From a virus (taxonomy: Duplodnaviria > Heunggongvirae > Uroviricota > Caudoviricetes), in IMG/VR virus record IMGVR_UViG_3300003332_000015, positions 82,576 to 146,575 of that record: DNA of 64,000 nucleotides. One strand, written 5' to 3'. The notes below the pieces were generated by a model. It searched no databases. It had not been told where the DNA came from and worked only from the letters and a program-made list of their open reading frames with translations. A program made the translations under genes and the position numbers. Below, piece after piece: positions 25,283 to 35,719 of the stretch (the stretch's first letter is position 1; every line of letters begins with the position of its first letter).

Positions 25283-27304
25283 ATGATTATACACTCACTA
25301 GATTTAGAAAACTATGGAATTATTAAAAAAGCAAACTTAATTTTTAATGAAAAAGGGTTTAATGTATTCTCTGGTAGTACAGGACAAGGTAAATCACATA
25401 CTATTAGAGCTTTAAATTATTTACTATTTAATTATACATATGGTAAAATTGAAGATGATTGTAATTGGGATTCCAATTTCTTTTCTGCTGAAGTTAAGTT
25501 AAGTCACAATTCAAATAATTTTAAAATCTCTACTTTTTATGATAGGGATAATGGTGCAAGTAAAGAACTTGTTATTAATAATAAGAGTATAACAGGAAAT
25601 AATGAAGTTAAGGATACTCTTGCTAAATATTTTGATCCGTCTATAACAAAAGCATCTATGGTATCTTTGCAAGGTAGTATGGACATTGTTGAAGCAGGTG
25701 ATGCTGAAAGACGTGAATATTTAAAAAAAATATATGACTTAGATTTTAAAACACAAATTGATTCTATAAAAGAAGACATAGAAAATGTTAGTGATAAAAT
25801 TATTAAAATTGAAAAAGATATTTATCTGTATGAAAATAAAGAATATATACCTACTGATGAAAAAGATTCTAATGTAACAGAAGAAGAATATATTAAATGT
25901 GGACTTGAGAGAGAAGTATTAATAGTTAAAAAAGATAATTTACAACAATTACTTGATAAGGTAGATGATCTTTTACTACGAATTACAAAAGAAGAAAATA
26001 ATATTAAAACTTTACAAGAAAAAAAAGAAACTCTAGAAAATAGAACAACAGAAGTACAGAGTTCCTTAGACAAGGTAACAAAGGAAAGTAAAAATTCTCT
26101 TATTAAATATTATGCTGATCTTTTAAAACTTAATAAAGAGAAAGATGATATTGTATTAAAAAGAGTTCCTGCTTTTGATGAAGATAACTTAAACATAAAA
26201 GAAAAAGAATATGCTGATAATTTAATTTCTTTTCATAGTGCTAAAAAAGAATATGAATTAACTCAATTAGGATTATGTCCTACTTGTAAAAAACCTTTTG
26301 AAGTAACTGAAATTGAAACATATAAAAACGAATATGAAACTTCTTTAGAAAGGAAAGAAAGTAGTCTTACTGTAGTAAACAGTTTACGAAATCAAAAAAA
26401 AGATATCGATAATTTACAAAAAAAACAAAATGAACTCAAAGAAAAAAAGAATAGTCTAATAAAAGATATTAACTCATTAGACCTATTACAAAAGTCTTCA
26501 GTTACATACTCCGATGCACAAGTGTTAGATAAAACGACTATACTACAAGAAAAATTTAAAGAGATACAATTAATTTCTCTTGAAATAATATCTAAAGAAA
26601 AAGATAAAGAATTATTAATTTCTGAAAAAACCTCTATAGTAAATAAAACTACCGACCAAACTGATAACACAGATAGAATTAATGAGTTAAGATTGGTTAC
26701 TGATACTTATGAATCAATACAAATAGAAAATGATTTAATAATAAAAGCTAATATTAAATTAGCACAACAACAAATAGATGATGTTAAAAAATTACAAGAG
26801 TATACAAAAGAAAAAGTTAAATTAATAAAGACAAAAGATGAGTATGAAGTTATTAAAGAAATATTAAGAGTTGACTTTCCAAAGTTTGTTATTAACTCAA
26901 TGGTTTCAGATATTGAAAATGGTATGAATAAACTTTTAGATTTATCATACGATGGAAGATACAACTGTAGTATATCAGAATCAAAAAAAGGTTTACAAAT
27001 ACTATATGGAGATAAACAAAAAGATATTAAATTAAGCTCAGGTGGTGAACAAAATCTTTTTAATTTAGGATTTAAAAATGCTCTTACACAAATTGCAAAA
27101 CTTAAGATTTTAATACTTGATGAAGCTGATAACTTTTTAAGTGGTGACATTGCAAAAAGAGCTTTTGAAAGTTTAAACCAACTAATTGAGAACGGTGATA
27201 TCGATCAGATATTTTTAATATCACATAAAGAAGAAATTCGTGATATGATTGAAACAGATTTTAATGGAAAAATTTTCCATTTTGAAGAAGGAGAAGTATA
27301 TTAA
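25283..27304 (+). CDS. sbcC: SbcC/Rad50-like ATPase (T4 gp46-like)
   Basis: Walker A FSGSTGQGKSHT, long coiled coil with CPTC zinc hook, C-terminal ILILDEADNFL Walker B/D-loop. Confidence 0.8.
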   Translation: MIIHSLDLENYGIIKKANLIFNEKGFNVFSGSTGQGKSHTIRALNYLLFNYTYGKIEDDCNWDSNFFSAEVKLSHNSNNFKISTFYDRDNGASKELVINNKSITGNNEVKDTLAKYFDPSITKASMVSLQGSMDIVEAGDAERREYLKKIYDLDFKTQIDSIKEDIENVSDKIIKIEKDIYLYENKEYIPTDEKDSNVTEEEYIKCGLEREVLIVKKDNLQQLLDKVDDLLLRITKEENNIKTLQEKKETLENRTTEVQSSLDKVTKESKNSLIKYYADLLKLNKEKDDIVLKRVPAFDEDNLNIKEKEYADNLISFHSAKKEYELTQLGLCPTCKKPFEVTEIETYKNEYETSLERKESSLTVVNSLRNQKKDIDNLQKKQNELKEKKNSLIKDINSLDLLQKSSVTYSDAQVLDKTTILQEKFKEIQLISLEIISKEKDKELLISEKTSIVNKTTDQTDNTDRINELRLVTDTYESIQIENDLIIKANIKLAQQQIDDVKKLQEYTKEKVKLIKTKDEYEVIKEILRVDFPKFVINSMVSDIENGMNKLLDLSYDGRYNCSISESKKGLQILYGDKQKDIKLSSGGEQNLFNLGFKNALTQIAKLKILILDEADNFLSGDIAKRAFESLNQLIENGDIDQIFLISHKEEIRDMIETDFNGKIFHFEEGEVY

Positions 27305-27669
27305 TGACATTAGATGATTATCAAAAAAAGACTGCTGAAACAGCAATCTACTTAAATAAAGCAAAGGCTTTAAAACCAACACCAGAACAAATGTTTAAAA
27401 TGATTGAATTAGGTTACTTAGGAAATGGACTTGGAGAAGCAGGTGAAATACAAGGTAAACTAAAGAAAATAATTAGAGACAAGGGTGGTAATTTTGATTC
27501 AACCGATGCTAAAGAAATTGAAAAAGAAATTGGTGATGTACTTTGGTATTTAGCTCGTCTTTGTGATGTACTTGGTATTAGTTTACAAAGTGCTATGGAA
27601 GGAAATATTGAAAAACTTTTCAGTCGTAAAGAAAGAGGAGTTTTAGAAGGTAACGGTGATAACAGATGA
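27304..27669 (+). CDS. mazG: MazG-like nucleoside triphosphate pyrophosphohydrolase
   Basis: EAGEIQGKLKK...EIGDVLWYLARL motif. Confidence 0.75.
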   Translation: MTLDDYQKKTAETAIYLNKAKALKPTPEQMFKMIELGYLGNGLGEAGEIQGKLKKIIRDKGGNFDSTDAKEIEKEIGDVLWYLARLCDVLGISLQSAMEGNIEKLFSRKERGVLEGNGDNR

Positions 27670-28268
27670 TTATAATAATTTCAGGGCATAAACAAACAGG
27701 AAAAAATACAGTAACAGATTTTATTATAAGTGAATTTAATTTTACTGAGTATGCTTTTGCAGGTCCTATAAAACAAATTTGTAAAGTTGCATTTGGGTGG
27801 GATGAATCTTATTTTAAAAGTACAGATAAAAAAGAAACTATTGACCTTGAATGGGGTATTTCACCTCGTCAAGCATTACAATGGATTGGAACAGAAGGTT
27901 TTCAATTTGGATTATGTAAAGCTTTTCCTACTTTTGAAAAGAAAACAGGAAGACATATTTGGGTTGATAAATTTATACAAGATTTTAAAAATGGTGAATT
28001 TAATTGGAATCAGAATAATGTAATTATTTCAGATAATAGATTTCCTCATGAATCAAAAGTAATTAAAGACAAGTTAATCCATATACCAATATTACTTGTA
28101 AAAATAGTTAAGAAAGATACTGTAAAAAATGATATGCACTTTTCAGAAATTGCAATTGATGATTTACCTTATGATGTTATAATTAATAATGATGGTACTT
28201 TAGATGACTTACTACAAGAAACTATTACTAAAATATCACCTTATATAAACGGAAGGAGCAGTAAATGA
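27666..28268 (+). CDS. deoxynucleoside monophosphate kinase (T4 gp1-like)
   Basis: N-terminus IIIISGHKQTGKNTVTDFII, FAGPIKQICKVAFGW and C-terminal VIINNDGTLDDL parallel T4 gp1. Confidence 0.85.
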   Translation: MIIIISGHKQTGKNTVTDFIISEFNFTEYAFAGPIKQICKVAFGWDESYFKSTDKKETIDLEWGISPRQALQWIGTEGFQFGLCKAFPTFEKKTGRHIWVDKFIQDFKNGEFNWNQNNVIISDNRFPHESKVIKDKLIHIPILLVKIVKKDTVKNDMHFSEIAIDDLPYDVIINNDGTLDDLLQETITKISPYINGRSSK

Positions 28269-29200
28269 TTATTGTACAACCAACATTTGTAGATATGCTA
28301 AAAGATGTTGATACTCATATCTATAAAGTTATTGAAAGGGCAGGAAGAACTGCTTATAAGTCAGAAGATAAAATTACAGATAATTCATCAGAAAGTTTTA
28401 TTAAAAAGATAATTAAATTAGAGCATGAAGCTGTACTTGAGCATGGTACTATATATCTACATGTAAGTAGTGAAATATTTAATTTAATATTTGAACACGA
28501 ATCTTTTATATTTTTTAATTGGGTGAAAGAGGACAGAGAAAAGCATAATTATATTATATCAGCTAGTGTAAGATCATGGAGAAATTTATTAAGGGAACTA
28601 TACAGTAATTATTCAAAGTATGCTGGTCAGATAATCTATTCAAAATTAAATGGTGAATATCCTTTATTGTTTTCAGATATAACTAATTATGATGATATAC
28701 CTAATATAGATAAATACTGTGAAATAATGGATCCTATTACTATATTAGATTTTTTTCCACAGTTATATAGATTTTCAATTAAATTTATTACTGATAGAGG
28801 TGTTAGTCATGAATTAGTTAGACATCGTAGATGTTCTTATTTACAAGAAAGTACCAGATACTGTAACTATAGTAAAGATAAATTTAATAATCAAATATCA
28901 GTTATTGAACCACTTGCATTTAAAGATAATAATGTTTTATTACAAACTTGGAAAGAAAGTGTTGAATGTGCAGAAAAAAGTTATTTTAAATTACTTGAGC
29001 AAGGAGCTTTACCACAAGAAGCTAGGGCAGTTTTACCTATTGACTTAAAAACAGAAATTATTGTAACTACTTCTTTAAAAGAATGGGAATACATTTTTTC
29101 TTTAAGAACTTCACCAAAAGCACATCCTCATATAAGATCTTTAATGTTACAAGTTAATAAATACTTTCATGAACAGTACGGAGACCTAATAGATGATTAA
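28265..29200 (+). CDS. thyX: flavin-dependent thymidylate synthase ThyX
   Basis: ThyX signature RHRRCSYLQES (RHRx7S). Confidence 0.85.
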   Translation: MIIVQPTFVDMLKDVDTHIYKVIERAGRTAYKSEDKITDNSSESFIKKIIKLEHEAVLEHGTIYLHVSSEIFNLIFEHESFIFFNWVKEDREKHNYIISASVRSWRNLLRELYSNYSKYAGQIIYSKLNGEYPLLFSDITNYDDIPNIDKYCEIMDPITILDFFPQLYRFSIKFITDRGVSHELVRHRRCSYLQESTRYCNYSKDKFNNQISVIEPLAFKDNNVLLQTWKESVECAEKSYFKLLEQGALPQEARAVLPIDLKTEIIVTTSLKEWEYIFSLRTSPKAHPHIRSLMLQVNKYFHEQYGDLIDD

Positions 29201-30008
29201 TACACTTGATACAAAAGTTTTAACTCTTCCTCTTGTTAGAGAATTAATAGAAGAATGTAAAAGTGAAGATGATAACTATATTAAAATAAACTCTAAATAT
29301 GATGTTGACCTACATATAAAGTATGTAAAAGATCAAAAAAGATTATTTATAATTTTTCAAGGTAGTTCCTCATGGAAAGACTGGTTATTAGATTTTAGTT
29401 TTATTAAAAAACCTTATAAAAGAATGGATAAACTATTTTTTGCACATTCAGGATTTTTAAATGCTTATCATTCTATTAGACAATTTATACATAGTCAATT
29501 ACCAAGATACGAAGATGTTCAATATATAAGTATTAGAGGACATAGTTTAGGTGGTGCTTTAGCTGAGTTATGCTATGAAGATTTAAAATGGCATAAAGAA
29601 CATAATAGTGATGTATACAATTTTGAGATAGACGGAGCTACTACTGGAGCACCAAGAGTATGGTCTATACTTTGGGGTTATAAAGAAATAAAAAATAGAA
29701 TGAAAAATTTTATTAGAATCGAAAATAAAAATGATATAGTAACTCGTTTACCTTTTTCTTTTTTACTATTTAAACATATAGGTAGAAAGTTTCGTTTAGG
29801 TAAAAGATTTTGGTATCCTTTACTAGCTAGTGCAATTTATAATCACTCACATTCCTCTTACGTAGGAAGAGCGGGTGACATAGAGAATTATGTAGATACC
29901 GAAGATAATAATCCATACTATACAACTTCTGTTTTAAGTGTATATGTATATTTTTATCCAATTCTGTTTTGCATAATCTTTTTACTTTTCACTTTAAAAA
30001 TTACATAA
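29193..30008 (+). CDS. class-3-lipase-like alpha/beta hydrolase with C-terminal TM segment
   Basis: GHSLGGA nucleophile-elbow motif; hydrophobic C-terminus. Confidence 0.45.
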   Translation: MINTLDTKVLTLPLVRELIEECKSEDDNYIKINSKYDVDLHIKYVKDQKRLFIIFQGSSSWKDWLLDFSFIKKPYKRMDKLFFAHSGFLNAYHSIRQFIHSQLPRYEDVQYISIRGHSLGGALAELCYEDLKWHKEHNSDVYNFEIDGATTGAPRVWSILWGYKEIKNRMKNFIRIENKNDIVTRLPFSFLLFKHIGRKFRLGKRFWYPLLASAIYNHSHSSYVGRAGDIENYVDTEDNNPYYTTSVLSVYVYFYPILFCIIFLLFTLKIT

Positions 30009-30060
30009 TAAATATTATTATAATAGTAACAAATAAATTTAATAAGGAGAATAATATTCA

Positions 30061-30381
30061 GTGTTTGTAGAATTAAAAGATGGTATTGAAATAGACAATA
30101 TAACATGGACAGGGTCTTTCACTCCAATATGCACTATTGGTAAATTGCCTTTTATGGCTGATATAACAATTGAGTTTTCACCAAAGACACAATTGTTAGA
30201 GTACATTGCTTTTGAGAAAGCTATGAAAGAAAGACTAAATGGAAAAGATATGATTATAGAAGAGATTCCTTCTATAATACTCAATGATGTAATAAAAGAT
30301 TTTGATGTATATGAAATCTCAATTACAGTAAAAGCGGAAACTACTGTCCATAATAAGATAGAAGTTTCTTTATTAAGATAA
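30061..30381 (+). CDS. QueF-like (T-fold, 7-cyano-7-deazaguanine reductase-like) protein
   Basis: FTPICTIGKLPFMADITIEF parallels the QueF catalytic-Cys region; placed directly upstream of a YhhQ-family transporter. Confidence 0.45.
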   Translation: MFVELKDGIEIDNITWTGSFTPICTIGKLPFMADITIEFSPKTQLLEYIAFEKAMKERLNGKDMIIEEIPSIILNDVIKDFDVYEISITVKAETTVHNKIEVSLLR

Positions 30382-30390
30382 GGGAAAAGG

Positions 30391-31011
30391 ATGACTTTAA
30401 ATTTTAAGAAAACATTTTTAATTGCATTGTTTATGACATCACTTGTTATAGCAAATGTAATTTCAAGTAAGATTGTACAATTAGGAAGCTTTATTGTACC
30501 AGGAGCATTTATACTATATGCTATCACATTTTTAGCGACCGATTTAATAAGTGAGCTTTACGGTAAAGCCTCAGCAAAGATGGTTGTTAATGTTGGATTT
30601 TTTGTTTCACTGTATGCGGTAGGGATGATTTATTTAACTAAATTGATGCCAGTACCAATATTTGGTATTGATGTATCAAATGCTTATGACATACTACTTG
30701 GTAATAGTTGGAGAATTGTACTTGGTTCAATGATTGCATACTATGTATCACAAACATTAGATGTATGGTTGTTTCATAAGATTCGTACTAAAACAAAAGG
30801 TAAGTATAAATGGCTTAGAAATAACTTATCAACTATGACAAGTCAAATGGTTGATACAGTAATTTTTATTACTATTGCTTTTGCAGGTGTTATACCAGGT
30901 ATCGGTTGGATGATTGTATCACAGTATATAGTTAAGATTATAGTAGCGGCTTTTGATACACCAATTTTTTACTTATTGACACACAATAACAAAATTATTT
31001 TAGAACAGTAG
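30391..31011 (+). CDS. yhhQ: YhhQ/QueT-family (DUF165) queuosine-precursor transporter
   Basis: Multi-pass membrane protein with the IANVISSKIV...ATDLISELYG start typical of the family. Confidence 0.7.
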   Translation: MTLNFKKTFLIALFMTSLVIANVISSKIVQLGSFIVPGAFILYAITFLATDLISELYGKASAKMVVNVGFFVSLYAVGMIYLTKLMPVPIFGIDVSNAYDILLGNSWRIVLGSMIAYYVSQTLDVWLFHKIRTKTKGKYKWLRNNLSTMTSQMVDTVIFITIAFAGVIPGIGWMIVSQYIVKIIVAAFDTPIFYLLTHNNKIILEQ

Positions 31012-31020
31012 ATATATTAA

Positions 31021-31053
31021 AACCGTCTTTCTTTATGTTAGACGGTTTTTTTA
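31021..31053 (+). terminator. rho-independent terminator after the transporter gene
   Basis: aaccgtct...agacggtt stem followed by T7. Confidence 0.7.
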
Positions 31054-31059
31054 TGATTT

Positions 31060-31113
31060 TTTTTAAATTCTTTTTAAAAAGTTTTAAAAAAATATTATTA
31101 TATAAGTGTAAGG
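31060..31113 (+). promoter_or_regulatory. phage promoter motif upstream of pnk
   Basis: tttaaaaagttttaaaaaaatattattatataagtgtaagg. Confidence 0.55.
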
Positions 31114-31121
31114 AGATTGGA

Positions 31122-32003
31122 ATGCAAACAGTTTATATAATGAAAGGACTTCCTGCATCAGGTAAGTCAACAAAAGCAAAACAGATGGTAGAAATGTCTA
31201 GTGGTAATCTTAAAAGAATTAATAAAGATGATTTAAGAGCTATGATGGATACTAAGTGGAGTAGAGAAAGAGAGAAACTTGTAATTGCTACAAGAGATTC
31301 TATTATTAGAACTTGGCTTTTTGAAGGGTTTGATGTAGTTGTTGATGATACAAATCTGGCAAAAAAACATATTACAAGAATTGAATCAATTGTGAACGAA
31401 TATAATAAAAAGTATAACAAAGAAGCAATAACAAAAATTATTGATTTCTCTTATACTGTAAGTGTTCACGAGTGTTTACGTCGAGATCGTAAAAGAGAAA
31501 ATCCTGTTGGTGATGATACTATATGGAGAATGTATAGTCAATTTATTGAATGGACAAAACCTGAAGTAAAAAAAGATAATAGTAAAGAAGATGTTTATCT
31601 TTGTGACTTAGATGGAACTATTGCTTTACATAATGGTAGAAATCCTTACTTATATGAAGAGTGTATACATGACTTACCTAATATGCCGGTTGTTAATGTT
31701 ATAAGGGCACTTATTAAATCTGATTTTAAAGTTGTATTTGTTACAGCAAGAGAAGATATTGGTAACTCAAAATCATTAACAATACAGTGGATTGAAGAAT
31801 ATATTGGTTTAAAAGATCCTATAGTTATTACAAGGGAATTAGGTGATAACAGAAATGATGGTATTACTAAAAGAGAAATGTATAACAAATATATTTTTCC
31901 TAAGTATAATGTTATTGGTGTATTTGATGATCGTAAAAGAGTTATTGATATGTGGCGTGATATGGACATCATGGTTTTTGATGTTGCAGGTCATACGTTT
32001 TAA
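31122..32003 (+). CDS. pnk: polynucleotide 5'-kinase/3'-phosphatase (T4 Pnk-like)
   Basis: N-terminal P-loop GLPASGKST plus C-terminal HAD motif LCDLDGTIA; start at ATG 31122 after AGGAG. Confidence 0.85.
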   Translation: MQTVYIMKGLPASGKSTKAKQMVEMSSGNLKRINKDDLRAMMDTKWSREREKLVIATRDSIIRTWLFEGFDVVVDDTNLAKKHITRIESIVNEYNKKYNKEAITKIIDFSYTVSVHECLRRDRKRENPVGDDTIWRMYSQFIEWTKPEVKKDNSKEDVYLCDLDGTIALHNGRNPYLYEECIHDLPNMPVVNVIRALIKSDFKVVFVTAREDIGNSKSLTIQWIEEYIGLKDPIVITRELGDNRNDGITKREMYNKYIFPKYNVIGVFDDRKRVIDMWRDMDIMVFDVAGHTF

Positions 32004-32014
32004 AGGAGATATAC

Positions 32015-33013
32015 ATGTTAGAAAAAACTATGAAACAAATTATAACAAAAAAAATAAATAAATGGACAGATACTATAACTGATGACACAGTTATAAAAGC
32101 TATTCAAAAAGATTTAATTATAACTGGAGGTTGTTTTACAAGTTTTATTCAAAATGAAGAACCAAAAGATTATGATTGCTATTTTCGTACTAAAGAGACA
32201 GTTTTAAAAGTAGCTGACTACTATGTTAATATATGGAATGAAAATCATAAAGGACAAAAAAATAAGATTGGTGAGACCACTAAAGTATTTGTTTTAGAAG
32301 GTGGTAAACCTTCAGCTGATTTTTTAAAGTACTATCAAATTGATAAGTTGGAAGAATCAGCTTCACGTATGATAGCAAACACACCATCTGACAGAGTTAA
32401 AATAATTTTTCCTTCTGATGGTATTGTTGGAGACCCTGCAGAAGTTAGGGCAAATGAGGAATTAGGAACTGTTATAGCAAATATTGAAGAAATAGATGAA
32501 GTAAAAGCTGATGAAATTCTTGATAAAGAAAGAACATCTTATTTTCCAGTGTTTATGTCTACTAATGCAGTTACTCTAAGTGACGGTATTCAACTTATTG
32601 TACGATTTTATGGTGAGCCTGATGAAATACATTCTACTTACGATTTTGAACATACAAAAGCGTATTATGATATTAAAGATAAAGAAATAGTAATACCAAG
32701 AATAGTATACGAAATGGTAGTTAATAAAACATTAAGATATACTGGTAGTAAATATCCTGTAGCTTCTTTATTCCGTCTTCGAAAATTTATTAATAGAGGG
32801 TGGACAATAAACGCTGGACAAATATTAAAGATTTCAATGCAAGTTTCTGATTTAGATCTTATGGACATTGATGTTTTAGAAGATCAATTAGTAGGTGTTG
32901 ATAGTGTATACTTTATGAATTTAATAGAACAGTTTCGGAAACAAAAAGAAAGTGACGGTAACTTTGAATTAAGTACCGGTTATGTAATGTCGATTGTTGA
33001 TAAAATATTTTAA
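32015..33013 (+). CDS. putative Pol-beta-superfamily nucleotidyltransferase
   Basis: ITGGCFTSF...DYDCYF fits a G[GS]x9-13DxD pattern; weak. Confidence 0.35.
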   Translation: MLEKTMKQIITKKINKWTDTITDDTVIKAIQKDLIITGGCFTSFIQNEEPKDYDCYFRTKETVLKVADYYVNIWNENHKGQKNKIGETTKVFVLEGGKPSADFLKYYQIDKLEESASRMIANTPSDRVKIIFPSDGIVGDPAEVRANEELGTVIANIEEIDEVKADEILDKERTSYFPVFMSTNAVTLSDGIQLIVRFYGEPDEIHSTYDFEHTKAYYDIKDKEIVIPRIVYEMVVNKTLRYTGSKYPVASLFRLRKFINRGWTINAGQILKISMQVSDLDLMDIDVLEDQLVGVDSVYFMNLIEQFRKQKESDGNFELSTGYVMSIVDKIF

Positions 33014-33022
33014 GGAGTTTAA

Positions 33023-33544
33023 ATGCTTGATTATAATACTGTAGATGTTTTAAATGGTCAATTGATGAATAAAGTAATAAGTGAAAGACCTAATATACTT
33101 AATACTGAATGTCTTACTTATCCTATTAAAGGACAAGAAATACAAATTAAAGTTACACATGGTCAAATTACATTTTTTAACATGGAAGAATATGATAAGG
33201 ATATTTTAAAAGTTTCCAAATTATTTTCTGAAGATGCTTTTACTTTATTTCGTTATCTTCCAGTAGATGTTTTATACATTATTGGTTTTTATAAAGATAA
33301 TAAATATTATATAGTAGACATCGCCGGTGATAGTAAAAGACTTGGTTTTAGATATTATCTACCTACAATGATTAGTAAAGTTTTTAATATAATACATATT
33401 AAGAATCATGTTCCTATATCAGATAAACCTAAACTACTTTCTAATATTATTAACTCAGATAAATTTACTAACTGTATTATAAAACCATGTGACTATAACA
33501 TTATGTTAGATGAAGAAGAAAAATTAACATTTCGAAAGGGGTAG
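33023..33544 (+). CDS. hypothetical protein
   Basis: ORF with RBS GGAG. Confidence 0.45.
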   Translation: MLDYNTVDVLNGQLMNKVISERPNILNTECLTYPIKGQEIQIKVTHGQITFFNMEEYDKDILKVSKLFSEDAFTLFRYLPVDVLYIIGFYKDNKYYIVDIAGDSKRLGFRYYLPTMISKVFNIIHIKNHVPISDKPKLLSNIINSDKFTNCIIKPCDYNIMLDEEEKLTFRKG

Positions 33545-33547
33545 AAA

Positions 33548-34681
33548 ATGCTTAAGCTACAAGAGTTTATTAAAGAACATCCTCTTAATTTTCAAGAGTT
33601 TCTTTCAGAGAAACCTTATTGTATTAAGATGCAGGAAGACAAACATTTTATGTTATTTAAATATTCCCAAATCGATAGTGATTTCACTAATCAGCTTGTA
33701 AGAGAATGTCGAGGTATTATACTTGATAAAAATGATTGGTCTATTGCTTGTCACCCCTTTCACAAGTTTGGTAATTATGGTGAATCGTATGTTCCTGAAA
33801 TTGATTGGGATTCAGCTAAAGTACAGGAAAAACTTGATGGTTCTTTAATTAAATGTTGGTATAATAAATATGAAGATAATTTTCAATGGTCCACTAATGG
33901 AACTATTTATGCAAGCTCAGCAAATTTACAAGTACCATTAAATGGATTTGACAATTTTGATCAACTCATAAGTTATACATTAATGTCTATAGGGAAGACA
34001 ACAGTTACATCTATGATGATGAAAGAGTATACTTATTTATTTGAACTATGTACTCCTCATAATAGAGTAGTAGTACCACATAAAGATTTTGAATTATATC
34101 ATTTATCAACTAAACATAATGAAACAGGAAAAGAAATAATTCAAATATTAATGATGCCTGTCCCTAAAGTTTACTCTTTATTAACATTGGAAGAATGTAT
34201 TGAAACAGCAAATGAGTTACCTTTTAATGAAGAAGGTTATGTAGTAGTTGATGATAAATTAAATAGAGTTAAAATTAAGTCACCAGCTTATTTAGCTATA
34301 CACCATTTAAAAGGTGAAGGTATTGTTTCTGAAAAAAGAGCATTAGATTTAATAAGAATGAACGAGCATAAAGAATTTCTTTACTACTATGATGAGTATA
34401 CAGATTTTTTTGATGATTTAGAAAAAAGATATAATCAATTTATGGAAATTATAGACTATGATTTAGATGAAGCAAAGAGTTTTATACATACAAAAAGAAA
34501 AGTATTTGCACATTGGGCAAATACTTATTCTGTATTACCTTCTGCATGTTTTCAGTTTTATGATGGTAAAATTAAAACAGCAAAAGAGGCTATAACTAAT
34601 ATGACTAGTGAAAGGATGCTACCTCATTTAAAGAATGTACTCATTTTAAATATGGAAGGTGAGATTGGTAAAGGGTTATAA
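33548..34681 (+). CDS. rnl: RNA ligase (T4 Rnl1-like)
   Basis: Motif I EKLDGSLIK (KxDGS) at ~residue 95; co-located with pnk. Confidence 0.6.
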   Translation: MLKLQEFIKEHPLNFQEFLSEKPYCIKMQEDKHFMLFKYSQIDSDFTNQLVRECRGIILDKNDWSIACHPFHKFGNYGESYVPEIDWDSAKVQEKLDGSLIKCWYNKYEDNFQWSTNGTIYASSANLQVPLNGFDNFDQLISYTLMSIGKTTVTSMMMKEYTYLFELCTPHNRVVVPHKDFELYHLSTKHNETGKEIIQILMMPVPKVYSLLTLEECIETANELPFNEEGYVVVDDKLNRVKIKSPAYLAIHHLKGEGIVSEKRALDLIRMNEHKEFLYYYDEYTDFFDDLEKRYNQFMEIIDYDLDEAKSFIHTKRKVFAHWANTYSVLPSACFQFYDGKIKTAKEAITNMTSERMLPHLKNVLILNMEGEIGKGL

Positions 34682-34838
34682 GTGTTAGATAAAAGAATAG
34701 GAACAAAAATGATACATCCTATGTTTGGTAATATAGAAATAAAAGATGTTCGTCAAATTGAAGGTTATACTTTAGCATATTTTAATAAGACGCTATGTAA
34801 TATGAATATACTAAAGGAAATATCAAAAGAGGTAGAAA

Positions 34839-35660
34839 ATGCACAAAATAATTCATAGTGAAGAAGAACTTAAATGGTTTTTTGATAATATCATTGTTAA
34901 TTTAAAACAGAGTGAATCACACTTTTTAAGTCTCTCAGCAAGAAATAAATATTTAAATGAATCTGAACGTAAAGAATTTGGTTTAGGTAGAACAGAAATG
35001 TTTTCACTATCCTTAGTAAGATATAATAGTTGGGAAAAATTTTTAAGTACAGTTAAAAAATATGAAACAAATGAAGGATCTTATTTAACTAAAAATGGAA
35101 GTAATATTCCTAGTAAAGCAATGGTTTGTTATTTTAATATAAATCCTAGTGATTGTTTAAAAGCCTATAGAGATTTTTCAAAAGTTATGAATGAATATTT
35201 TTATGAATTAGCTCAGTGTTCAGTTACAGGACATAGTACAGAAAATATTATGAAGAGAATAAATAAACAACCTACTTTATTAATGAACTGCTATCAAAAA
35301 GCTACTGGGACAAGACATTGGTTGGATTTTGATTTTGATGTTGATAAGGATTTTTTACCTTATGTTGAAAAGATTGTTGAACAAGTAGAGGCATTTAGTG
35401 GAACAGCTTTTATAATAGATACAAAATCAGGATTTCATTTACTTGTAAGTAAAAATACAGAGTTTTATAGTAAATTTAATCCAAAGACTATTGTTGATGT
35501 TGCTATGGAAGATTTATTCGAATTTTATGTAAAGGTCTATCAAGGGGAAGAAATAACTAAAAGACTTGCAGAGTCAGAAATCATCCATAATAAAAATCAG
35601 ATGTGCCCACTCCCTGGTACTTATCAAGGAAATTACCCAGTAACGGTTTTAAATAAATGA
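34839..35660 (+). CDS. hypothetical protein
   Basis: 273-aa ORF. Confidence 0.45.
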   Translation: MHKIIHSEEELKWFFDNIIVNLKQSESHFLSLSARNKYLNESERKEFGLGRTEMFSLSLVRYNSWEKFLSTVKKYETNEGSYLTKNGSNIPSKAMVCYFNINPSDCLKAYRDFSKVMNEYFYELAQCSVTGHSTENIMKRINKQPTLLMNCYQKATGTRHWLDFDFDVDKDFLPYVEKIVEQVEAFSGTAFIIDTKSGFHLLVSKNTEFYSKFNPKTIVDVAMEDLFEFYVKVYQGEEITKRLAESEIIHNKNQMCPLPGTYQGNYPVTVLNK

Positions 35661-35719
35661 TTACTCATATAATTGATAAGGACAGTCAATTGTCGTTGAT
35701 TGAAAATAGGAGAATAAAA

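Noticed and set aside
25537-27150. Minus-strand ORFs 25537..25779, 25822..26073, 26392..26670, 26707..27150
   Set aside because: They lie wholly inside the SbcC-like gene on the opposite strand and are low-complexity (Ser/Leu/Phe-rich) translations of its coiled-coil region; shadow ORFs.
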